The position numbers and the translations under genes are program-made. A stretch of DNA of 59,217 nucleotides, the filler included, from Sphacelaria rigidula (Eukaryota): the NCBI GenBank assembly GCA_964200075.2. It is 9 parts of 9 records of this genome, joined end to end, with 100 filler letters (N's around TTAATTAATTAA, not from the genome) between each part and the next. Parts side by side here need not be neighbours in the genome. Positions count along the whole stretch, not along the records: positions 46,138 to 52,627 come from CAXNAA020019765.1; positions 52,728 to 59,217 come from CAXNAA020019766.1; 7 more parts are not named here. One strand, written 5' to 3'. The notes beneath the pieces were generated by a model. That model was given only the letters and a program-made list of their open reading frames with translations. It was not told where the DNA came from and searched no databases. Below, piece by piece: positions 49,515 through 59,217 of this stretch (within the stretch, counting starts at the first letter, position 1; each line of letters starts with the position of its first letter).

Positions 49515-49963
49515 ACGCTAGAGATAAAATATCTGGGATTTTCACCTCTGGGAACAAGACCTCATAAAGCTTTGCCACACGGGCCAAACTTCGAACCCTC
49601 CGACACTTTGTTGTGTGTGTTGTCATCCCATCTATTCTGGACGCCAGTCGACACCATTCTTCGCCATATGTGGGCACATCAGCCGGAGTCACACAGAAGG
49701 ACGGCAAGCACTGGAGTGTTTTTTTTCTGTTTTGTTTTGGTACTACACCTTTTTTTTGCGGTGCCCACTAATCGTTATCGCGAGAGAAGCTCGGCGGTTC
49801 CTCTCCCTCGTCGACCGTGCAGTCGAATTTTTGTGTACCCACGATGAAGTCGCTCTCCACTGTTGGGCAAGGTGTGAGAAAAATCCCAGATCGTGACTTC
49901 ACCGAGATTCGAACCCGAACCCAAGACCCCAACCGTCAGAGGGTTTCGACGTTACCAACTGAG
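49515..49963 (-). mobile_element. tRNA-derived SINE, 5'-clipped copy
   Basis: Reverse complement of the 50549-51065 head and body. Confidence 0.85.
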
Positions 49964-49991
49964 ACGCTATGCCTGGCACTTGAGGAATCGC

Positions 49992-50535
49992 AAGGTCACA
50001 CGGCGGCAGTAACTGCCGCCGAGAGCGTCACCCCTGCTCCTGTATCACCACCTGCATCCGCTGGATTCTTCACATCCCCACCGGCTACGCCTTCAACCTC
50101 CTCTGCGCGTGGAGGCGCCATAGGGTTAATGTAAACAGTCCGCAGGGCGGAACGACGATAAAACGACGGGAAAATCACGGAGCTGCCCCCAGACATGAAG
50201 CAGCCGGCACTCTCTGCGGCAGGCGTGAGCACGTCTACAAACAGCGAGTCTGGTTCTGAGTGAGAACTTTTGAGTCACTACTGTGTTTGTAGACTTGTTC
50301 ATACTTGCCACAGCGGCCAGCGGCTTGGTGTCTGGAGGCAGCTCCGTGATTTACCTATCGTGTTATCGGTGCTCAGCCTTGCGAGCTGTTTGCCACATCA
50401 ACACCGTGGCGCCTTCACGCACATAAGAAGTCGAAGGCGAAGTCGGTGGGGATGTGGAGGATCCAGCTGGTGCAGGTGATGATGTAGGAGTAGGAATGAC
50501 GGTGTCGGCGGCAACCTCTTCTTCCGTGTGACCTT
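49992..50535. repeat. Long imperfect inverted repeat (~250-bp arms, ~40-nt spacer)
   Basis: Arms 49992-50243 and 50284-50535 align as reverse complements (aaggtcacacgg..cacatccccaccg..aatcacggagctgcc..gtctacaaac). Confidence 0.9.
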
Positions 50536-50548
50536 TCACGGTTAGATT

Positions 50549-51065
50549 CCGGTCGCCCCGGTGGCTCAGTTGGTAACCTCGACACCTTCTGACGGTTGAA
50601 TCGTGGGTTCAAACCTCGGAGCGATCTGGGTTGTTTTTTCCGACACCATGCCCAACAGTGGAGAGCGACCATGTCGTGGGTACACAAAATTCGACTCAAC
50701 GGTCGACGAGGGAAAGGGACTGCTGAACCCCTTTCGCGATAAAAAAACAAAGGCAAGCACCCCAGAAGGAAGGTGGGGTACTAAAAACAAGCAAGAAATA
50801 ATATAAAAAAAACTCCTGTGGTAACCTTCCTCCTGTGTGACCCCGGCTGGTGCGCCCACATATACCGAAAGGTGTAGACCGGCGTCCAGAATAGATGAGA
50901 CGACAACATACAACATACACGGGCATGGTGTCGGAGGGTTCGTAGCGTGTGCGGCCCATGTGAAAAAAGTACCTCCGGTGAGATGGATAGTCTTTTATCT
51001 TTCGCCGTGTGTAGATACCAGTTGTCGACAACACTTTGTGGAATCACCTAGTGCACAGTAAGAAA
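50549..51065 (+). mobile_element. tRNA-derived SINE, near full length
   Basis: A box TGGCTCAGTTGG at 50562-50573, B box GGTTCAAACC at 50606-50615, and a ~450-bp non-tRNA body. Four copies in the window. Confidence 0.85.
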
Positions 51066-53314
51066 AGAGATTTGGGGACCTTACAGAAGGCATCACTACT
51101 TGTGATGGGCTGTAGGCTTCGGTCGGTATCAGCCACGTGTTCAGATCCATTGTTGTCGGGCGGCAAATGTATCAAATGTTGAATAACACCCCCCTCCCTT
51201 TCCGCTGAAGTTGTTTAGGGAAGAGATACGTTGATATTATCCCCGGGAAGGGAGTAGGGGGCGGGAAGAGTCATATAGCAGTAGGGTAGAGTAAATAAGT
51301 TCGAACGATGCCCCCCGCGTGTTATGAGGCATCGCCATTCGTATGTAAATGCGTCTGTAGCTGGACCGTACCGTAGATACCCCCCCACTCCCCCATCGTA
51401 TTTTGGGAGGGGATGGAACAATTTCATCCCCAGGTGGAGAGGAACGGGGGGTCTGAGAAATTATTCATCGTCTTCACATTATATCCATGCATTCGCGTGT
51501 TTGAGGTGCATCGCCATTCGTGCGTAACACGCCAAAACGGAAGATACCACTCGTGTGATCACGTTTTGGGCGGGAGGGATTGCGTGCATGAATTTCCCGA
51601 AGAAGGACTTTTGTTTTTTTTTCGTATTTTCCTAAAACGTTTTTGAACCATCCAAAATTCTTGCCATCAGCATGCTGTACGCGAAAACGGTAGATACCAC
51701 CCTCTATTCACGGTGGAAACCACCTTCCGGGGACGGTTATTTTGCTCGTCTCATGTGCCACTATGCCCCCCCCCGCCCAAATCCAAGTGTACTCTTGTGT
51801 GCGATATGTATGTACTCTGATGCGCCATGTATCAAATCTTGGGATCATGGTAAGTCGCTCAGTGTTGAACTCGAAAATCTCACAAACGTGGCCTTAACGA
51901 TCGCGGATGTGCACAATGCACAAAGTATACGAGAGACGCAGTCAGCAGGTATATCTAGGTGAAATTGGCTCCCCATCGCCTACTTGCTTGGTGACTGGTT
52001 GCGAGCCTGGTCCAGCGGGCACCCGGCGTGCTCCGTCCCTTCGTGCTCCGTCCCGGCTTTGTAGGGAGGGTCAATGGTCTTCCGACCACTGCATGCAAGA
52101 ATCACGAGTCACCCATGGGCTACTTACTTACTGTCCGACTGGGCTGCACCGGATGTCTGTCTGTACGGTACTGTTATGGGGGTGAATGGGGCCCGATTTT
52201 GGGCACTATATATCTGTAAAATGGACCGACCACTATCCACTGCAGAAAAATGACCCGTAATCGAGCCAATCATATCAATCACTGATACAGACGTCATCTC
52301 CGAATGACGATATTGCTCATATGGAATGAACTCTAACTTGAGTACACATTTACAAGCCTGCGAGTGATCGGTGTCGCGGAAATGAAGTTGCTCCAGCGAC
52401 TGCACTGATATAGTGTTGTGTGCTTGTATTGTTTAGCTGTTGCACTCGGGAAGCACACGCCCACTACGTTCCACCCCACATTCACCGTCCTTCTCAACAT
52501 CAGCAGTCAAGAACACGGAAAGTGGTTGTAGTTGCGGGCGTCACCCACAACAACAACCCCACTTAACCCTTTGACTCACATATCGCAAACACGAAGCAGC
52601 AGAGAATATTCAAACAATTAGCACAAGNNNNNNNNNNNNNNNNNNNNNNNNNNNNNNNNNNNNNNNNNNNNTTAATTAATTAANNNNNNNNNNNNNNNNN
52701 NNNNNNNNNNNNNNNNNNNNNNNNNNNTGCGAGGTCGCTGGTCTCATGACGACGACATGTAGAATAATGAGTCCCCCCCCCCTCCCCCTTATTTTCTCAC
52801 TCTTTTTTTTTTCTCGGGTTAGTATACACCTGCTTTGCAAGAAGAACGCTCCCGATGTTGCCAGAGCTCCGTGAGTCTGGTCCCCTAGATAACACGCGCA
52901 AAAGGTCATGTTCCACGCCGACCAACAGCTTGCTAGTGTAGCTCTGCTTCTCAGTCAGAGAGACTCTCTGTCTCTCTCTCTCTCTCTGTCTTGCTCTCTT
53001 GAGGACTATTTTCCGATGTATGCTCCTATTCACTTTTTTTTTCTTCTCAGAGCGTGTTTCAGTTTTATTTGTGTCTTGGGCACGTCTATCATGAGACCAC
53101 AGCTGGACCCCTGGGGGGTCAGTGGAAGTGCGACAATCAATCAATCAGTCAATCAATCAAAATCAATCACACTATATCCACCTTCTCAGACTCTTTCAGC
53201 ATACACCTAGGGCATGACGTAGCGTCCGCGCTAGCCCGTCTTCGGTGGGAGCATGGTGTTCTCATTTGGCGTCGACAGTAGCTGATTGAGGGTACCATGT
53301 GGGAGAACACTGCT

Positions 53315-55170
53315 GAATCATCGCCGGTTCGAATTGCCAAATCCACGATTTCTCGGGCCCGATTGATCGAAAGAGAGAAAAAAAAGGCGACCGCTAGTCA
53401 AACAGGTCTCCACGCAACGTTCGCGCCATTCCACGTGCCTGGGCTGCTGCGCGTACCTGGTTTGCGACTCTGAAAACACAGCGTAAGGATTGATTCGTAC
53501 CGTACGAATCAATCACACTAGAGTCGAGTTATTTCTAGACGAATCATTAATTCGTCCGACCCTTGCAAGGTTGTTTTTTGTAGGGTGTACGGCTGAAATT
53601 CGGGTATTTATATATGTACGAAAGACGTGTATTATCGGCAAATAAGACCATACCGGAGTGTTCCGTACACATTTCACACTCTGAGCAGATCACGTGGTGA
53701 AAAAAAAAAAAGTGTGCTGCGTACAGTATAGAATAGTTTCGGTACTGTCCGCAGTATACTTTTTGACGATGCAATCTACTATTGGAGGATGTTGACACAT
53801 TTCGGTATGGTTTATGAACAGAGTGCAAACCAACGATCAATCAATTATGTATCTATCAATCGATAATGATCAACCAACCGCCCCAACAACATTCGTCGAT
53901 CAACCGACAAACGAAATCGATGCGCGTAACCGCCAGGGTCGCGGGGTACAGCTGGCGGCGTAAGTAGTGCCGGTTCGACAAAGCCAGAGGCACGAAAACC
54001 ACCCGCCGGCGGCGTCGTTGACATCGCCGAAGAAGACGACGAGGAGGAGGAGGAGGACCAAGACGAGGACTACGTCTACCAAGAACATGACAAGGAGGAG
54101 GACGAGGACATCATGGAGGATGACGATTTCGTTGAAGACGTTGCCGTCCTTAGTGCAGAGCCTTTGGTGTCGGGCGCAGGTACATATGCACGTTGTGATT
54201 GGTGCAGATGCTAGTGCGATGGAGGCGCTGGCATGGCCAGTAAGCACGGAAACAGCTCTAGCAGGGTTGCTTGCTGAGTAGTAGATCATGACAAGAGGGG
54301 GTTACTGGGTACTCTTATATCCTGTTCCGTAGAAACGCACGTTCGTATTCCCCCCGCACAGTTTGTGGCCGGCACTATGCTTATAAAAAAAAGAAAGGAA
54401 CGTGACCCTCCTCCCAGTGTACGATGGTCGATCTAGGGGTGGGTCATCTACGGCAGTTCGCGCTCAAGGGGTTGATTAATTACCCCTTTGTGGTGGGCCC
54501 TAACCCACTTCAATTTTGAATCCGAAATTGTGTTTTCTGGAGAATAGCAACAATAGCGCATCATGAAGGCTGCTGCGATCCTAATAGTCGGGGGGGGAAA
54601 TCGTACACGGTTCAGACGAATTTTCGCCGGTTCAAATCACCAAGTACATCCACGATTTTTTTAATTTTCAGGCGTGATTGCTCGAAAGAGGGAAAGAATT
54701 TGACCGCTGGTCAAAAAAATCTCCACGCAATTTTTGCGCCATTTCACGTGCCTGGGGTGCGTGTATGTGGGTTGCAACGCTGAAAACAAAACACGAGGAT
54801 TGACTCATACCGTACGAATCAATCACACTGAAATCAAGCAATTTACAGAAGAATCATATATTCGTTCAACCCTTGAAATCGTATTTAGCACCCACAGCGT
54901 CCTGCTCGTGTGGGTTTCTCCTCGTCTAGAACATCGTGTCTCTATCATCCTCCACAGAACTGTCAGAAGCAGCAACAAGCAGACCGCGGACGCTAGATGA
55001 TTATGCACGGTTCGGGTAAATCATTGCCGGTTTGAATCACCAGCTAGCTCAACGAATTTTCAGGCATTATTGCTCGAAAGAGAAGAAAAAAAGTTCGTAC
55101 CGTATGAATTGATCACACTCGAATCAAGTAACTTCCAGACGAATCATCAATTCGTCCGACCCTTGGATGA
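53315..55170 (+). repeat. Three diverged direct copies of a ~260-bp module (53315-53570, 54600-54880, internally deleted 55003-55170)
   Basis: gccggtt.gaat..ctcgaaagag..taccgtacgaatcaatcacact..gaatcat..attcgtccgacccttg repeated. Confidence 0.8.
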
Positions 55171-55463
55171 TTGGTCGATTGATGGTCGTGCGCGCAACTC
55201 CGCTGATTCCGCAGAAATGCAGCCGTTGTCGCATGATGAACCTACCGAGTGATACTACGGTAGGGGGTGCACTCTTTTAGCCCCAAAAGTATTTTTAGCC
55301 TGCACACACGCTCAAGCCCCAGACATTGTTCATCGACAGGTTCCTCAAGCGAAGAGCCTCAGAACTTTGTTGTGCATCAGTAATGTAGGGTAGGCGCATA
55401 GAGCGTTCGCAAGCTCTTGCTCAGTTAGCAATGCTACGGGAGGGGTTGCACTTTTTGTTCCTG

Positions 55464-55718
55464 GACTGCTGCCGAGATAGCCCCCCCCTCCCGAACCGGT
55501 CAAAAATGTGCACGGAGGCGATGATCAGAAATGCCGTTAGAGCGGGTTTCGTGCTACACGACGCGATTCATTTGGGCGTCATAGCTGATATCGGACTGCT
55601 CAACACCTCTCATTTGGGCGAAATTGCTGCAAAGCCGGTTTGTCGGACCATCTCCGATGCACTTCTTGTGTGTGTGTGTGTGTGTGTGTGTGGGGGGGGG
55701 GCTATGTTGGCATTAGTC
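55464..55718. mobile_element. MITE with GAC/GTC termini nested in a Sola-type MITE
   Basis: TIRs gactgctgccgagatagccccc / gggggctatgttggcattagtc. Flanks cctg/tctg. Confidence 0.7.
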
Positions 55719-56068
55719 TCTGGGTCTCCTTTTTGTAGGAGCCCAAATATATGGGGCTCACTGTGCAACCCAAATCGTCGGGAACAGAACTGTCAGAAAC
55801 GTGGTGTTTGCACACAGGGACTTTTTTCGTGAATCGGCATCATTTTACGGGGTTTTTTCGAGTAAAAATGATGCCGATTCTCAAAAATGACCCGTGCAAC
55901 ACCCCGAGCAAACCCGAAAAAAGTTTTCGCTAAAACAAGATGCAACCCCTACCGTAGTAGTGTTGCTTCAAGGCAGTGTGGCAGTCGGACTCTCTCAAAC
56001 CTCTCATCAACTTGGCTCAGTGCACCCGCCGCCATGCTCTTCAGAGTTTCGGTCTTGACGCTATGAGT

Positions 56069-56334
56069 GACTAATGCCGAGATAGACCCCCCTCCCCCCC
56101 CCACACACAAGAAGTGCACCGGAGATGGTCCGACAAACCGGCTGCGATCCCACTATTGCGCTCGTTTTCAGCAATTTCGCCCACATCAGAGGCGTGTAGC
56201 AGTCCGAAATCATCTATAACGCCCACATAAGTCGCGTCGTGCAGCACGAAACCAGCTCCATCGGCATTTATGATCATCCCCTCCGTGCACTTTCTTGGCC
56301 GGTTCGGGAGGGGGGGGCTATCTCGGCAGCAGTC
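56069..56334. mobile_element. Second, inverted copy of the GAC/GTC MITE with 4-bp TSD
   Basis: GAGT|gactaatgccgagatag ... ctatctcggcagcagtc|GAGT. Confidence 0.8.
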
Positions 56335-59217
56335 GAGTATGAAGCGGATTCATATCCCGAATCACACCCCCGCAGAGGAGGGGTGGTTGGTGAAGTAACG
56401 GCAGAGTTAGATTGATTGTTCGAGAAGCTTATGCGTCTTTGTCCCCTCTTCCCACCCTTTTCAAAAGGTTGGCGTCAATTGGTAACGACGCTGTAAAACA
56501 CCCCCCACTCAGTGCGTAAGCTTGGCACAACCAGGCTACCGGGGTATTTTAATCGCTTCCGTACGTATTTCATATATATTTTTCGCGGTAACCATCATGG
56601 TGGTCGAGCTAAATCATATCGTGCGGGGAGGAGGACCTGAACTCCGCGCAGAGACGGGATAATCGTACCACGTAGTATTGCAATGGTGAGAGACACCCGT
56701 GAGGCAGATTGAAACCCGTGGCTGTCTCTGGAAGTAGCGATACCAGAATTTGCGAGCAACTCATTCCAGGCTGTCTTCCACACGCGACATGATCAGAATG
56801 CTTGGGGTCAAACAGTATTTGCAGGATGCGGGCCAACCCTCATTCGACTCGCCGAATACATCATGGCGCTCCGCGCTTGGTGATTGAGTGCGCGCCTGGT
56901 CTGGCGAAACCCAGTCGTGCTCCGTCCCGGCTTTGTAGGGATACAAGGTCAATGGTTTCAAGGCTATGACATGCATGGTCATGAGTACACCCCCTTGCCC
57001 GAGGGTTATTAGTATTATTATTTCAATGACCACACATATTTTACAGTATACTCTGGATACTAACTCAAAATATATGGCCAACAGATGTCACGGACAAGAA
57101 GTGCACTGGTTAAAGCACGGAGCTATTGCAACTATTGTCGGCCGTCAATAGTTGCAATAGCTCTATACTTTACCCGGTACACTTTCGTCTATCGCATCTA
57201 TTGACCATATACAGTAGTGGGCGGTCTAACTAATCATTTTGTGGCATTTTGTGATTTGTTCGTGATAGGCGACTGTCTCGAGCTCTTTTCGCTTGCCACC
57301 GGCTATCACATCGAGGATGTGTAGATATTCGTATCCGCTCCACATTCCAAGAGAAAAATGAAATAATTTGTACTTGATATTGAGTGACTTACGGGCTGAA
57401 CGGTCATGGGGGGTCCTGTCACGTTTCAGTCCAGATTCTTGCTGTCATGTAGTTTAGGTCGATCGAGCCTGTCCTGATCATATTTGTGAAGAAATGTACA
57501 ATTTTGTTTTTCAGAAATTCTGCCTAGTCATTGCACTAGGGCCGAAAAAATGTGTCTCACGGTCAATAACACCCTCCTGATAAACGGAGTATTTACTCGT
57601 TTCGCCCGATAACAGCCGCCTAGCCTTCTTTGGGGGGGAAGAAACGACGGAGAAGGGCCGAGAATGCATTTTTCAACAAGTTTTATTTTTTTATACATGA
57701 GAAATAACCCAACCACAAAATGTATATACATACATATATGAACATATATATTTTCGCTCTTTTTAGCAATCAGGCCTCTGTGATGGTGCATTTGGTGGCT
57801 CGCGGCACCAGCCGGCGATTCTTCACTGGTCGTACGACCCTTCAAAAATGATTACAACCATGAAAAATTGAAAAATCTGATTTGGCGACGCTACTCGCGC
57901 AAAACGCACTCGATGGTGCATGTGCATGTGGGAATGGTGCATATGCACGTGGACCCGCGCAGGGACAGGTCCAGGAAGGAGCGGAGCAGGAAGTTCCGGT
58001 TCGTCTTGGTCGTTGCCGTCGTCATCGGGGAACAAGGGCAAAGGGAAGGCGAGGGGTACCGGGGTCGAAAATGGTGGTGGAGGTGCCGGAGGTGACCGGG
58101 CCCCGGCGGAGGTGGTCGATGTTAGCGGAGAAGTAGTGCGGAACGGGAGCGGCGGTGCGGTGAGTGTGTGGGGAGATTTTTTACGTAAAAGGGGGCGGGG
58201 TGTTGCAAGTGTGCTTATTCGGAAGATGCGGTGCGAATATCAGAGTGATGCCGCTGTAGACCCCCCCCTCCCCCCTGGTCGGGCGGGATCCCGGCGTTCC
58301 CCGTCCCGGCTTTGTAGGGATGGGAGGTCAGTGGTCTCATGAAGTTCGTTCCCGCCCCGCCCACCCACTCACCCGGAACACTTTGCACATCATCGGAAGC
58401 ATCCCGCCCGGAAGACATCGCACATGATCACGAGTACCCCCTCCTCTCCACGCCCCTCATGTGGTTGGCGTCGGTTGGCAACCGCGCTGTGAAACACGCC
58501 ACTCACTGCGTGAGAGAAGCACAACTATGTTACCGTTTGTTTGTTTTTTTGCGTTGGTCGAGCTAGATCGGATTGTGTGGGGTGAGATAACCCCGATTCC
58601 GTGCAAAGGGGATGATCTTACCAGACCACGTGATGTTCAATTGGCGAGACAGACACCCAGGAGGCAGTGTATTAGTCGTGGCTGTCTTTAGAAGTGGCGA
58701 TACCAGAAAATGAAGCAATTCATCGGAGGCTGTCATCCAAATGCAAGATGAACAGTAGGCTTCGGGCCGAATGATCTTAGCAGGGTGAAGCTCACCCTTC
58801 ATGCGACTCGTCGAACACATCACGGCGCTGCGCCCTTGGTGATTGATTGCAAGCCTGGTCCGGCAAAAACCCGGCATGCTCCGTCTCAGCTTTGTAGGGA
58901 TACGAGGTCAACGGTCCATTGACTACGGCATGCAAGACCATGAGTACACCCCCCCCCCACCCCAGAAAAGTGGCTGCTTTGAGGAGGCAAGATTTCCATG
59001 TAAATCGTAATGACGACAGCCGAGCACACCAGGCAGCTGGAAACTTCCACCCTTGCTATCGTTTTGGCCAATTTCTCCTATATGGGGTGCTTCATAAAGA
59101 GTGAAACAAGCTACCGTGCGCTGTTCGGCCATTTTCTTCGTAACATTTTTCGGGCTGGATTGTGGGAGGGGGGGGTGTACTCATGATCATGCATGCCATA
59201 GTCGTAGGACCGTTGAC

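Noticed and set aside
50549..50625. tRNA gene (also 41150-41230, 46138-46220, 32298-32356)
   Set aside because: A and B boxes are present but the cloverleaf is imperfect, and most heads run into a shared repeat body, so these are SINEs.

Overview
Eukaryotic, repeat-rich, about 50% GC sequence. The GT-AG intron style and repeat types suggest a brown alga or related stramenopile (inference). The window is not one locus. It is nine independent contigs of 6492, 6491 (x5) and 6490 (x3) bp in descending length order, joined by identical 100-nt linkers (44 N + TTAATTAATTAA + 44 N), so nothing can be inferred across the gaps. Host coding content is sparse: the last two exons of a Pmp-like (GGA/FxxN repeat) single-pass membrane protein with a very long Ser/Arg-rich tail, one exon of an NDR/LATS-like AGC kinase with DLG instead of DFG, and possibly one C2-like exon. 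The rest is mostly transposon-derived: a spliced, frameshifted Sola2-type DDD transposase and matching 4-bp-TSD MITEs, a decayed gag-like retroelement ORF, a LINE 3' end, tRNA-headed SINEs, and hAT, mariner/Tc1 and piggyBac-type MITEs. The most unusual structures are concatemers of a 98-bp piggyBac-like MITE joined by single TTAA-derived tetramers (in two contigs), a ~44-bp hairpin tandem array, and a ~540-nt foldback flanked by divergent SINEs. I found no convincing multi-gene novel system.
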